Assembly: GCF_036567905.1 (NCBI RefSeq) | Contig: NZ_DATCTO010000034.1 | Location: forward strand, 10,085 to 74,084 | Direction of reading: 5' to 3' | DNA from: Candidatus Binatus sp. | GTDB lineage: Bacteria; Desulfobacterota; Binatia; Binatales; Binataceae | Length of the DNA: 64,000 nucleotides | Part shown: one piece after another, positions 1 through 10,350 of the stretch | Layout of the letters: the number at the start of each line of letters is the position of its first letter | How positions within the stretch are numbered: position 1 is the first letter of the stretch | Notes under the pieces: generated by a model | Seen by the model: the letters and a program-made list of their open reading frames with translations, nothing else | Databases searched by the model: none | What the model was told of the DNA's origin: nothing | Translations under genes and position numbers: made by a program

Positions 1-1024
<1,024 letters not shown>

Positions 1025-1375
1025 GCTCACGGGTTACAATCGTAACAGTAAGTTTGATCTTATCGCCAATGGGCTGAGAGTCGCCCAAAATCTAAGCATT
1101 ACGCCGCCGTTACGAGTGGAAGCGGCGCAATCTTGACCGGGTCGATCGGCAGGGAAAGGGAGAAATACACAATCCCTTGTGGTTTTGGGACGGCTGCGCT
1201 CCAGGGCTAGCTTTGTTCCGTCAAATTTATTTTTGCGGGAAACGCAAGGGTCGTTGTGGCCGGTGGTGAGTCGTCGGGCGACTTTTCGAGCGAGAGGGCG
1301 TGCAGGATCCTGGCTGTTGACCATAACGTGATCGAGTAGCACGGCGGGCGATCGAGCGTAAGGCTGAACAGTTCA

Positions 1376-1439
1376 CCCGCTGCGGCGGGTACTGCGGCGG
1401 GTACGCAGTGTTTCCCGCTGCGGCGGGTGCGCGGTGTTT
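1376..1439. repeat. imperfect tandem duplication containing small GC hairpins
   Basis: cccgctgcggcgggt occurs at 1376 and 1414, each followed by g(c/t)...gtgttt. Each copy holds a cccgc/gcggg stem with a 4-nt loop. Confidence 0.6.
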
Positions 1440-1779
1440 GCAGTGGTGGGGTCTCGCGGTGATCTCAAGGTCAGCAGTTCGATCTGGGGCCGGGCGGGGA
1501 TTCGGCGCGCGATGCGTCGGTTACTGCGAGATGTCGCGCAGCGAGACGGCGCGCGCGGGGAGTTAGCGGATTGCCGCGCTGCCGACAAATTGCGCTTAGC
1601 GACAAAGCGCTCAGGGCGGAGGCAGAATCTTGAATCGCGCGCCCGTGGGCACGGGAGGCCAGTATTAAAAACGGGAAACAGGGCGCGCTGGATAATGACC
1701 CTCGCCTTCATCCTCGCCCTGACAGGAGAGCTTTGCATAACCGGAGGTTGATGCTGAAGCTATACGCGCTGGCGCGCGA

Positions 1780-2064
1780 GATCCTTCGCTGCGCTCAGGA
1801 TGACACAAAAAAGCGAGCGGCCACCCGTGTCATTCTGAGCGAAAGTGGTGTGATTGAGCCGAAGCCCTGAGTACTCGAAGGGGAAGAATCCCGACGGTCG
1901 CTCCGGCGTCCGGCGCTCGTTACGCACAGCTCTCTGACAGGGCGAGGAAGGAATCGGGATTCTTCGCTTCGCTCTAGAATGACACAAAAGAAGAGCGCTG
2001 GCCTCGGAGGCGACGCCCTAACCGGGGCGAGGCAAAGATCCGAGATCGTTCGCTTCGCTCTCCC
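1780..2064. repeat. cluster of about 4 REP/MITE-like short repeats in both orientations
   Basis: gatccttcgctgcgctcaggatgacac (1780-1806) and gattcttcgcttcgctctagaatgacac (1958-1985) are near-identical. A degenerate copy gatcgttcgcttcgctc lies at 2044-2060. An inverted, interrupted copy is gtgtcattctgagcgaaag...cgaaggggaagaatcc (1827-1891). Spurious ORFs across them translate as ...VILSAAKDL... and ...CHSRAKRRI... Confidence 0.75.
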
Positions 2065-2071
2065 GGATTTC

Positions 2072-3172
2072 TCATTGCGGGGGTTTCTCGGGCGGGACGA
2101 TTGGGAGCATCACCTTGAACGTCATCCCATCCTTGGATGCGCCTGCGCCCTTGGCTTCGACGCCGCCGCGCTGCGCCCACAGCCTGCCGCCGTGAAGCGC
2201 GATAATCCGCTGGCATAGCACGAGACCCAGCCCGGTTCCGGCCGGCTTGGTGGTGAAGAACGGGGTGAACAGTTGCGCGAGCTGATCTTCGGCGATGCCT
2301 ACGCCGCTGTCGCTGACCTCGACCCGCAGGAACTGGCGGTGGCGGCCCTCGGCGGTCATTTTGAAATCCCGTTCGATTCGCGTATGCAGTCGAATCGTGC
2401 CCGACGAGCCGATCGCTTCGGCCGCGTTCTTGATCAAATTCAGGAAGGTTCGTTCCAATGCGCCTGCGTCGCCAACCACGTCGGGCAGGCTGGGATCGAA
2501 ATCCTGGAGCACCACGACACCGTCGGGCGGCTGCGGGAACAACCCCGCCATCCTCATCGCCTGGTGCAGCACCAGGTGTATGTTGACCGGCTCCTCCGCC
2601 AGGCGTTGCGGCCCGCTGACCATCAGCACCTGCTCGACCAGCGAGGCGATCCGATTGACGCCGTCGAGAATCACGCTGCAGTACTGCTGCGCGCGTCCGT
2701 CATCGGGAAACATCCCGGCCATCAGCTCGGCGGCGCCCTTGATGCCCGTCAGCGGGTTCCTGACCTCATGGGCCAGGCCGGCCGGCGACAGCTGCAGGTT
2801 CAAGTCGCCGGTGGTCCGTGCCTCGGCGGCGCCTTTTTCGTGGGACAGGTCGTGAAGCAGGAGAATAACCCCGGCGAGCCGTCCCTCGGCGTTGAGCAGG
2901 GGGGAAACTTCGGCGCGAATCGTCAGTTCCCGAGGCCCCGCCGTCAGAACTGTCTCCATGTCTCCAAGGTTCTGACCGCTTTTTAGGCACGCGCCGACCA
3001 TTCGCCCCAACCAGTCGTTCTGGCGCAGGAGATCGGCCACGGTGGCGGCGCTCATTTGGGAAACCCCGAGCATCGTCGTAGCCGCGGGATTGACCGCTTG
3101 GGGTTCCATCGTGGGCGAAAGCACGATGATCGCATCGGTCAGGCTATCGATAATGTCGTGCCAGAGGCTCAA
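2072..3172 (-). CDS. PAS-domain sensor histidine kinase (NtrB-like)
   Basis: 366 aa. H-box HEVRNPLTGIKGAAELM, N-box LNLIKNAAEA, G-boxes DSGVGI and GTGLGL, with a PAS-like N-terminus. The start is TTG with GAGGG 5 nt upstream. Confidence 0.9.
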   Translation of the reverse strand: MSLWHDIIDSLTDAIIVLSPTMEPQAVNPAATTMLGVSQMSAATVADLLRQNDWLGRMVGACLKSGQNLGDMETVLTAGPRELTIRAEVSPLLNAEGRLAGVILLLHDLSHEKGAAEARTTGDLNLQLSPAGLAHEVRNPLTGIKGAAELMAGMFPDDGRAQQYCSVILDGVNRIASLVEQVLMVSGPQRLAEEPVNIHLVLHQAMRMAGLFPQPPDGVVVLQDFDPSLPDVVGDAGALERTFLNLIKNAAEAIGSSGTIRLHTRIERDFKMTAEGRHRQFLRVEVSDSGVGIAEDQLAQLFTPFFTTKPAGTGLGLVLCQRIIALHGGRLWAQRGGVEAKGAGASKDGMTFKVMLPIVPPEKPPQ

Positions 3173-3207
3173 GTTTACCCTCGGTCAGTCGCCATCAGGA
3201 GCGCTGC

Positions 3208-3352
3208 GATTATCAAGCGTAACATAAAGGACTTGATCGGCTAAGCCTGGAGTTTGCGAATATATTCCCGCCTCTGAGCGCAAAAATTCGTGAGCATTTC
3301 CAAGGATTATTAAAAATATGATTATCAAGCATTAGCCTTTTTAATAGATTAT
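3208..3352. promoter_or_regulatory. AT-rich divergent promoter region with repeated GATTAT(CAAGC) motifs
   Basis: gattatcaagc is present at 3208-3218 and 3320-3330. Further gattat copies lie at 3305 and 3347. attaaaaa/tttttaat inverted arms flank the second copy. The region lies between the divergent kinase and mltD-like genes. Confidence 0.3.
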
Positions 3353-3419
3353 CCACCGCCGATGGGTTGATTCTGGTCGTATCGGTCGGTACGGTTGTGG
3401 GCAACCTTCTCGGAGGAGA

Positions 3420-4403
3420 ATGCTTAGGACGAAGTCTATCTATCGAGTGTTTGTTGCCCTGCTGGCGGCCTTGGCTGTCGCCGGATGGGCGTCCACTCGT
3501 GCGCTCGCTGACGAACTTTACGCGCCCGAGGCTCCGTCCGGGGTGTATGCCCCGCCTCCAAGCCTGGTCGGACAACACACAGGCTTTGATCTCGAGACTC
3601 CTGCGGAAGCCGGCGCCCAGCCGATCGCGTCGCCATACGTGATTGCGCTGCCTCAGGCGGTTGCGCCGTTCCCGATTCTGCTTAATCGGTCCGTTCGCCG
3701 CTATGTGTCGGATTTTCTGAATTACCCTGACCAACTCCAAGATACCTTCGACCGCAGTCACCCGTACCTGCCCGATATGGTCCGGGTACTGAGAAGCTAT
3801 GGCCTTCCCGACGACTTGGTGTACCTGGCGTTCGCCGAAAGCGAATTTTCCAAGCGCGGCAGGGGTCCGTGGCAGTTCAATAGCGACACCGCCAAGCGCT
3901 TCGGCCTCCATATCGACAGCTACGTCGATGAGCGCCGCGACCCCGTAATGTCCACCAAGGCAGCGGCCGAGTATCTGGCCACCTTGCACGACGAGGCCGG
4001 CGACGATTGGCCGGTGACGCTGATCGCGTGGAACAACGGCGATAAGGCGATCGATCGTTATTGGTCGTTGCGCGGCCCCAATATCGAAAAGTTCGGCAAT
4101 CGGCTGCCGCGGCGAACCCGTGGGCTGCTGGGGCGTTTCATGGCCGTCGCGTATATCGCGCATCATGCCAATAGCTACGGCATCACGCCCATCAAGCTCG
4201 ACGATCCACCGGCGTATCAGATGCTGCCGGTTCGCGGCGGCACTCCTCTGAGCCGGGTCGCGCTCGATCACGGGACGACGCTGCAGCGCCTGCATGATCT
4301 CAACCCGGCGTTGCTGCGCGACGTCGTTCCTCCCTACCACCGGTCGTACAGCGTCCGCGTTCCCGTGGAAACCCACGCCAGCGCGCAGCACGTCGAATTC
4401 TAG
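3420..4403 (+). CDS. exported lytic transglycosylase (SLT domain) with C-terminal LysM-like segment, MltD-like
   Basis: Signal peptide VFVALLAALAVAGWA. SLT core YLAFAESEF...GPWQF...AAAEYL. C-terminal segment GTPLSRVALDHGTTLQRLHDLNPAL. Confidence 0.75.
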   Translation: MLRTKSIYRVFVALLAALAVAGWASTRALADELYAPEAPSGVYAPPPSLVGQHTGFDLETPAEAGAQPIASPYVIALPQAVAPFPILLNRSVRRYVSDFLNYPDQLQDTFDRSHPYLPDMVRVLRSYGLPDDLVYLAFAESEFSKRGRGPWQFNSDTAKRFGLHIDSYVDERRDPVMSTKAAAEYLATLHDEAGDDWPVTLIAWNNGDKAIDRYWSLRGPNIEKFGNRLPRRTRGLLGRFMAVAYIAHHANSYGITPIKLDDPPAYQMLPVRGGTPLSRVALDHGTTLQRLHDLNPALLRDVVPPYHRSYSVRVPVETHASAQHVEF

Positions 4404-4494
4404 TTTTTCAGGCTCTTTTCGCTGCTTGCTCCAGACCGGCATTGGCCGGTCGCCGGTTCATTCGTGAGCCGAAGCGGCGTATCCTCTTTCCTTC

Positions 4495-5757
4495 ATGATT
4501 AGCGCCGACGAAGCCCTGCAAATCGTACTCGAAAACGTAGCTGCGCTCGGGGTCGAGCGGATTCCAATGGTCGCGGCGCTTGGCCGCGTGCTCGCCCAGG
4601 ATATCAGCTCGCCGCGCGATATCCCCGGCTTCGACAACTCCGCGATGGACGGTTACGCAGTGCGCGCCGCCGATCTTGCCAAGGCGTCGGAGAAAAGCCC
4701 GGTCAAGCTGACCGTGGTCGAGACCGTGGGCGCCGGCAAGATGCCGACCCGGCGCGTGAGCGCGGGTGAGGCGGTTCGCACGATGACCGGCGCGCCGATC
4801 GCCGAGGGCGCAGACGCGGTCGTTGCGGTCGAACGGACGCGCGGCAGCGGGAGTGTGGTCGAGTTTCTCGTCGCCGCCGAGAAAGGCGATTCCATCAGGC
4901 CGCGCGGCGAGGATTTGCGCCTGGGCGATCTCGTGATGTCGGCGGGCAAGACGCTTAAGCCGGCGGACCTTGGGATGCTGGCGTCGGTGAATCGCGCGAT
5001 GGTCGAAGTCATTCGCCGCCCGCGGGTTGCGATTGTCTGCACCGGCGACGAACTGGTGGACGTCGATCAATCGCCGGCCGGTCCGCAGGTCGTCAATTCC
5101 AGCGCCTACGCGCTGGCCGGCGCGATTGGCGAAGCCGGCGCCGAGGCCGTCATCCTCAAAGTGGCGCGCGACGACGCGCGCGAGATTCGCGAGCGGCTGG
5201 CCGAGGCGATGACCTTCGACGTGGTGCTATCGACCGGCGGCGTCTCGGTGGGCCAGTTCGATCACGTCACCGGCGCGCTCGACGAACTGGGGGTGCGCCA
5301 GCTTTTTCACGGCGTCGCGCAAAAGCCGGGGCGTCCGCTCAAGTTCGGCGTCGTCGGCTACCGCCCGATATTCGGCCTGCCGGGCAATCCCGTATCCACT
5401 CTCGTATGCTTCTACCTGTACGCGCGCCCCGCGATCCTCAAGATGAGCGGGATGCGGCGCGTCGGTCTGCCGCGGGTCCGTGCGCGATGCGCCGTCGATA
5501 TCAAGATCGGCAGGGACGTCACCGAGTTTGTGCGAGTTAAACTAGAGCGCGGCGCGGACGGCTGGCTGGCGACGCCGACCGGCAGCCAGGGATCGGGGAT
5601 TTTAAGCTCGCTCTCGCGCGCCGACGGTTTGCTGGTCGGTCCGTCAACCGAAACTCTGCTGAAGGCTGGCGCTCAGGCGACCGTGCTGCTCTTGGGGCCT
5701 GACGGCGACGCGGTTGCGGCCGATGAACTGTTCGAGGGCCGGCGCCATAGCCACTGA
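4495..5757 (+). CDS. moeA: molybdopterin molybdenumtransferase
   Basis: 420 aa. N-terminus ISADEALQIVLENV...DIPGFDNSAMDGYAV, and GGVSVG...PGNPVS, both typical of MoeA. Confidence 0.9.
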   Translation: MISADEALQIVLENVAALGVERIPMVAALGRVLAQDISSPRDIPGFDNSAMDGYAVRAADLAKASEKSPVKLTVVETVGAGKMPTRRVSAGEAVRTMTGAPIAEGADAVVAVERTRGSGSVVEFLVAAEKGDSIRPRGEDLRLGDLVMSAGKTLKPADLGMLASVNRAMVEVIRRPRVAIVCTGDELVDVDQSPAGPQVVNSSAYALAGAIGEAGAEAVILKVARDDAREIRERLAEAMTFDVVLSTGGVSVGQFDHVTGALDELGVRQLFHGVAQKPGRPLKFGVVGYRPIFGLPGNPVSTLVCFYLYARPAILKMSGMRRVGLPRVRARCAVDIKIGRDVTEFVRVKLERGADGWLATPTGSQGSGILSSLSRADGLLVGPSTETLLKAGAQATVLLLGPDGDAVAADELFEGRRHSH

Positions 5758-5957
5758 ATCACGATGGTCGCGACGGCGCCGAAAATCGCAGCGCCGATTA
5801 TCACCGCCGAGAGCCTGAGCTGGAGTTTCAGTATGTTGAAAGGCAGCAGGTAAAACGTGACCATCTCGATCTGGAAGTTTGCGTAAATGACGTACGCCAC
5901 CCACAGGACCACGATCGTGCCGATGATGAATTTCGGGTTTTTGGCAAATGCGGGCAT
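5673..5957 (-). CDS. small LapA/DUF1049-like inner-membrane protein
   Basis: Only the last 94 codons of track ORF 5673..6467 look real: MPAFAKNPKFIIGTIVVLWVAYVIYANFQIEMVTFYLLPFNILKLQLRLSAVIIGAAIFGAVATIVIQWLW, with two TM helices. The 3' end overlaps moeA convergently by 85 nt. Confidence 0.5.
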   Translation of the reverse strand: MPAFAKNPKFIIGTIVVLWVAYVIYANFQIEMVTFYLLPFNILKLQLRLSAVIIGAAIFGAVATIVIQWLWRRPSNSSSAATASPSGPKSSTVA

Positions 5958-6083
5958 CGCGGGTGATCCTCCTGACGGGCGATGAGAAAAAGCTTGGCGG
6001 CTGAAGTAGCGATTGTCAACGCGAGTGGGGCGCAGTGCAAATGATGCGCTGGCGGGAGTAATTCCCGCGCGAGGGTTGGAGCA

Positions 6084-6569
6084 ATGGCGACGCGTTATCG
6101 CGTAGGCAACGGATTCGATTTTCATCCGCTCGAAGCGGGCCGCCGGCTCGTGCTGGGCGGCGTCGAAATCAAGCACGACAAGGGACTGCGCGGCCATTCG
6201 GACGCCGACGTCGCGGCGCATGCGCTCGCCAACGCGATCCTCGGCGCGATCGGCGCGGGCGACCTGGGCCGGCATTTTCCCGACAGCGATCCCCGCTATA
6301 AAGACGCCGACTCGATCGCGCTGCTCGGGGCCGTCTGGAAGCTCGCCGGCGGCCGCGGATGGCGGCTGGGCAACGCCGATCTCACGATTTTCGCCGAGCA
6401 GCCGAAGCTGGGGCCGTATCTCGACGCGATGCGCGAGCGGCTCGCCGCCGCACTCGGCGCGGATCAAGCGCGCGTCAACGTGAAAGCGTCGAGTCCCGAG
6501 GGAATCGGCGCGCTAGGCCGCGGCGACGGGATGGCGGCTGCGGCGATCGTGATGCTCGAAGCGGAATAG
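6084..6569 (+). CDS. ispF: 2-C-methyl-D-erythritol 2,4-cyclodiphosphate synthase
   Basis: VGNGFDFHPL...GHSDADVAAHAL...DLGRHFPDSDPRYKDADS. Confidence 0.95.
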   Translation: MATRYRVGNGFDFHPLEAGRRLVLGGVEIKHDKGLRGHSDADVAAHALANAILGAIGAGDLGRHFPDSDPRYKDADSIALLGAVWKLAGGRGWRLGNADLTIFAEQPKLGPYLDAMRERLAAALGADQARVNVKASSPEGIGALGRGDGMAAAAIVMLEAE

Positions 6570-6590
6570 CCCGCGCGCAGCCCAGTCCTG

Positions 6591-6947
6591 CTAGAGATCG
6601 TCGTCGCCCGATCCGTCATCGCCCAAATCACCACCGCCTTCGAGTTCTTCGACCGCTTGGTCGAATTCCGGGCCGTTGAACTCGTCGCCCATCTCCTTGC
6701 CCATCCGCTTCATCATCCGCGCCACACTCTTGGGGTCGTTCTCGTCGACATCGCCCATCTTTGACGGATCCCCGAGCGACTCCATTCGCGACTCCTCGCT
6801 GCGTGGCATCGCGAACCGCGACATCAGGCGGCGCATTTTCTTTCCCCCGCAATGCGCGCAAACGGCGGCAACCTTTTCGCTGACGCGCGTCGTTAAGACA
6901 CTGGTGATCCGCCGGCACTTCTCACATCGATATTCGTAGATCGGCAT
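6591..6947 (-). CDS. FmdB-family zinc-ribbon protein with acidic tail
   Basis: MPIYEYRCEKC...CAHCGG (CxxC...CxxC), followed by a Gly/Asp-rich C-terminus. Confidence 0.8.
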   Translation of the reverse strand: MPIYEYRCEKCRRITSVLTTRVSEKVAAVCAHCGGKKMRRLMSRFAMPRSEESRMESLGDPSKMGDVDENDPKSVARMMKRMGKEMGDEFNGPEFDQAVEELEGGGDLGDDGSGDDDL

Positions 6948-6995
6948 GGCGACGGTATTGTATCCGCTGCCAGCGCAGATTTCACGGACAATTAA

Positions 6996-7769
6996 TTACT
7001 CTGCGATCCTGAACAGCGCGCGTGTGTTGGCGGTTGTCGCCGCGGCGATTTCCTCGAACGTAGTGCATCGCAGATGCGCAATCGCGGCGACCACATCCTT
7101 GATCATCGCCGGTTCGGTCAACCGCCCCGCGAACTGGCCGCCGTACGGCCACGGCCCGTCGGTCTCGACCAGTATCCTGTTCGAAGGGATCATCCGGGCG
7201 AGATCCCGGTCGCGCTCCCGGTAGGCGACCTCGGGAGTCAGCGAAATAAAGTATCCGGCGTTGAGGATCGCGCGGGTGGTCTGCTCGTCGGACTTATGCC
7301 AATGAAAGACCGCGCGCGTCACTCCAGCCTCGCCAATTATCGCGAGCGCTTCGGCGGCGGATCGATGCGGCGCATGCAGTATCAACGCCAGGTCCATCGC
7401 GGCCGCGAGCTTCGCAAAGCGTGCGAGCGTCCGCTTCGCCGCGTCCCGCACGCCCGCGTCTCCCGCGCGGTCGCCGTACCATGGCAGTCCGACTTCGCCG
7501 ACGGCGCAAATCGAGTCGCGCTCACGCGCGATCGTCTCGAGCGCCTCGAGCGCGTCATGTTCGCTATGTTCGGCCTGCTCGGGATGAAATCCCAATGCCG
7601 GGAAAATGACGCGCGGATATTTCTTTGCCAGTTCGATCACAGCTCGATTCGACGCCGGCCCGACTCCCGGCACGACCATCGCCGATACTCCCGCATCGCG
7701 CGCCCGCTTGATTGCGCCGCAACGGTCGGGGTACTGGTCAGCGTCGAGATGAACGTGGCTGTCGATCAT
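6996..7769 (-). CDS. TatD-family metal-dependent hydrolase
   Basis: MIDSHVHLDADQY start, with later HAP...FHWH...ETDGPW motifs. Confidence 0.85.
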   Translation of the reverse strand: MIDSHVHLDADQYPDRCGAIKRARDAGVSAMVVPGVGPASNRAVIELAKKYPRVIFPALGFHPEQAEHSEHDALEALETIARERDSICAVGEVGLPWYGDRAGDAGVRDAAKRTLARFAKLAAAMDLALILHAPHRSAAEALAIIGEAGVTRAVFHWHKSDEQTTRAILNAGYFISLTPEVAYRERDRDLARMIPSNRILVETDGPWPYGGQFAGRLTEPAMIKDVVAAIAHLRCTTFEEIAAATTANTRALFRIAE

Positions 7770-7822
7770 TTCATTCGTATAGCAGGCATGCGCCGCGCGC
7801 GCATCGTATCGGGCGCGGCGCG

Positions 7823-8608
7823 ATGAGCGATCTTCGCCTGATGTGGCGCAACACGCGGATGGTCGTGCTATGCGCGATCTCGGCGGCGCTCTATGCGGCA
7901 GTGCTGGTGCCGTTCAAGGTCGTCCCGCTGATTCCCGGCGTGACCGAGCTGCGCCCCGCCAACGCGATTCCGATTGTCTGCTCGTTCCTGTTCGGTCCCG
8001 CGGCCGCCTGGGGTTCGGCGATCGGAAATATGATTGGCGATTTTTTCGGCGGAGTCTCGCCGGGCGACATTTTCGGCTTCTTCGCGAACCTGGCCTACGG
8101 TTGGATTCCGTACAAAGTCTGGGAATTGATCGGCCGCGGCCAAAGTCCCATCAGCCGCTCGCCGCTTGGAATTCTCAAGTATGCGATCGCATGCCTGGCC
8201 GCGAGCGTGCTGTGCGCCGACCTGGTCGGATGGGCTGACAACGTGCTCGTCATCAGGCCGTTCGCGATGCTCGGCAACGTGATCATCTTCAACAACATGG
8301 TGTCGGCGCTGGTGCTCTCGCCGTTCATCCTCGCGGCCGTTTATCCGCGGGTGAAAAAGGGCCGGATGCTTTACGCCGACGTGATGCCTGAGGTGAAGCT
8401 GAAGCCGGTGGGAATTCGAGCCTGCGGTTTCGCGCTGCTGATAGCGGGCGAGGGCGGCGCCTGGATTTTTGGAAATTTGCTTTCGACCGGGTATTGGGAG
8501 CCAAAGTTTCTGCCCGCATGGATGATTGTGGCCCCGTACGATAAGCCGGTCGCAATAATCGCCGGCCCGTTTCTGCTGTTGGCGTTCGCGGGCCTGTTGA
8601 TGATGTGA
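7823..8608 (+). CDS. ECF-transporter substrate-binding (S) component, QueT-like
   Basis: Internal ATG at 7823 of track ORF 7712..8608. Multi-TM protein with ELRPANAIPIVCSFLFGPAAAWGSAIGNMIGDFFGG. The stop overlaps the start of the next gene. Confidence 0.6.
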   Translation: MSDLRLMWRNTRMVVLCAISAALYAAVLVPFKVVPLIPGVTELRPANAIPIVCSFLFGPAAAWGSAIGNMIGDFFGGVSPGDIFGFFANLAYGWIPYKVWELIGRGQSPISRSPLGILKYAIACLAASVLCADLVGWADNVLVIRPFAMLGNVIIFNNMVSALVLSPFILAAVYPRVKKGRMLYADVMPEVKLKPVGIRACGFALLIAGEGGAWIFGNLLSTGYWEPKFLPAWMIVAPYDKPVAIIAGPFLLLAFAGLLMM

Positions 8609-10350
8609 AAATCGACGCGGCAATTGTTTCAGGAACTCGCGGCCCGCACGCAGTTCGGGTCCAGGGCGTCACGTTTACCTATCACGGCGCCGATCGTCCG
8701 GCCCTTCGAGCGGTGAGCTTCGTGCAGTCGGCCGGTGAGATGATCGGCGTGATGGGCGCGTCGGGCGCGGGCAAGTCCACGCTCGCCAAATGCCTCAATC
8801 GCATCATCCCGGAGTTCGAGGACGGCGATTTTCGCGGCGCGATCGAAATCGCAGGCGAGCCGCTCGAGCATCTTCGCGTCTGCGACGTCGCGCCGAAGGT
8901 GGGCATGGTCTTCCAGGATTTCGAGTCGCAATTGTTTTCGACCAACGTCGCGCATGAAGTCGCGTTCGCGATGGAACAGGTCGGCATGGAGCGCGCCGAG
9001 ATGGACCGGCGAATCATTCCCGCGCTGGAGGCGGTTGGACTGCGCGGCTTCGAGCATCGCGATCCCATGTCGCTGTCGGGCGGCGAGAAGCAGCGGCTGG
9101 CGATCGCGTCGGTGCTGGCGTTGCGACCGTCGGTTATCGTGCTCGACGAGCCGACCACCGATCTCGATCCCGAGGGCAGGGCGGAAGTGTTCGAGTTGAT
9201 CGCCCGGCTGCGCGCGCAAGGCTTGAGCCTGATCGTAATCGAGCACGAGTCCGAGGAGCTGCGCGCCGCCGATCGGATAATGATATTGCGCGAGGGGGAA
9301 ATCGCCGCGGACGGTCCGCCTGCCGAGGTCTTTGCGCGCACCGACCTGCTCAGGGAATGCGGCGTGCGTCCGCCCGGACTGAGCCACGCACTCAAACTGC
9401 TCGGAATCGACGCACAAGCGCAAAGCGTCGAGCAGGCTTACGACGCGATCGTGCGCGCCTACCCGCGTCTGGCCGCAACTTTTGTTGGCAACATCCCCGA
9501 TCCCCGCGCACCCGAACCTCCGGCGACTGCCGAAAACGCCTCGATCGGCTCCGCGTTTATGGCAATCGAGGATGTGAGCTTCAGCTACGGGGACGGGCCG
9601 CGCGTGCTCGATTCGATCGATCTCAGAGTCGAAGCCGGCGACTTCATCGCGATCGTCGGGCAGAACGGCTCCGGCAAAACCACGCTGGCCAAGCAAATTG
9701 TCGGTCTGCTCCAGCCGGCGACGGGCCGCGTGATAATCGAAGGCAAGGATCGCGCGCAGATGCGGCCGGCCGAGACGGCGCGCGAAGTCGCGTACGTTTT
9801 CCAGAATCCGGACCATCAGATTTTCGCCGCCACGGTTCAGGAGGAAGTCGCGTTCGGCCCGCGCAACTTCGGCCTGGCGGACGGCGAGATTCGGCGCCGA
9901 TGCGATGAAGCGCTCGAGGCGGTCGGCCTTCAAAACGAGCGCGGGAGCGACCCGTTCCTGCTCAGCAAGGGCGAGCGCCAGCGCCTGGCGGTTGCGAGCG
10001 TGCTGGTGCTCAGGCCGCGGATGCTGATTCTCGACGAACCGACCACCGGGCTGGACCATCGCGAGCAGCTTCGGATGATGGCGCTGGTGCGGGATCTCAA
10101 CCGCGCCGGAATCGCGATCGTGATCATCACCCATACGCCGTGGCTGGTCGCGGAGTATGCGCGGCGCGTGGTGCTGCTGCGCAAAGGCGCCAAGATTTTC
10201 GACGGCGGCGTGCGCGAGTTTTTCATGCAGGACGAACTGCTGCGCTCGTCGTCATTCCGGGCGCCGGAGATCACCGAGCTCGGCCGCCGCTTCGGCACGC
10301 TGGCGCTGACGACCGGCGAATTCGTCGCGTGGGCCAGGGGGCGCGCCTGA
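8605..10350 (+). CDS. ECF/ABC transporter ATPase, duplicated (fused A1-A2)
   Basis: Two ATPase halves are present. First half: GASGAGKST with LSGGEKQRLAIA. Second half: GQNGSGKTT with LSKGERQRLAVA. Confidence 0.9.
   Translation: MKIDAAIVSGTRGPHAVRVQGVTFTYHGADRPALRAVSFVQSAGEMIGVMGASGAGKSTLAKCLNRIIPEFEDGDFRGAIEIAGEPLEHLRVCDVAPKVGMVFQDFESQLFSTNVAHEVAFAMEQVGMERAEMDRRIIPALEAVGLRGFEHRDPMSLSGGEKQRLAIASVLALRPSVIVLDEPTTDLDPEGRAEVFELIARLRAQGLSLIVIEHESEELRAADRIMILREGEIAADGPPAEVFARTDLLRECGVRPPGLSHALKLLGIDAQAQSVEQAYDAIVRAYPRLAATFVGNIPDPRAPEPPATAENASIGSAFMAIEDVSFSYGDGPRVLDSIDLRVEAGDFIAIVGQNGSGKTTLAKQIVGLLQPATGRVIIEGKDRAQMRPAETAREVAYVFQNPDHQIFAATVQEEVAFGPRNFGLADGEIRRRCDEALEAVGLQNERGSDPFLLSKGERQRLAVASVLVLRPRMLILDEPTTGLDHREQLRMMALVRDLNRAGIAIVIITHTPWLVAEYARRVVLLRKGAKIFDGGVREFFMQDELLRSSSFRAPEITELGRRFGTLALTTGEFVAWARGRA

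Noticed and set aside
1034-1751. ORFs 1034-1342(-), 1373-1738(-) and 1434-1751(+) in the kinase/regulator spacer
   Set aside because: They are Arg-rich, have no SD, overlap one another and overlap the repeats. They are treated as non-coding.
5673-6467. 264-aa minus-strand ORF overlapping ispF
   Set aside because: Only the last 94 codons (from ATG 5957) look like a real LapA-like membrane protein. The upstream part is antisense to ispF.
7770-7822. Possible preQ1 riboswitch upstream of the QueT-like gene
   Set aside because: Only 53 nt are available and no preQ1-type conserved loop sequence is visible.
8629-10134. 501-aa minus-strand ORF, and similar long ORFs at 3213-4442(-), 11212-12183(-), 13899-15005(-), 15080-16249(-), 17423-18559(-) and 41382-42347(+)
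   Set aside because: Each lies antisense to a gene with clear family motifs. All have Arg/His/Asp-rich composition and no recognisable domains.
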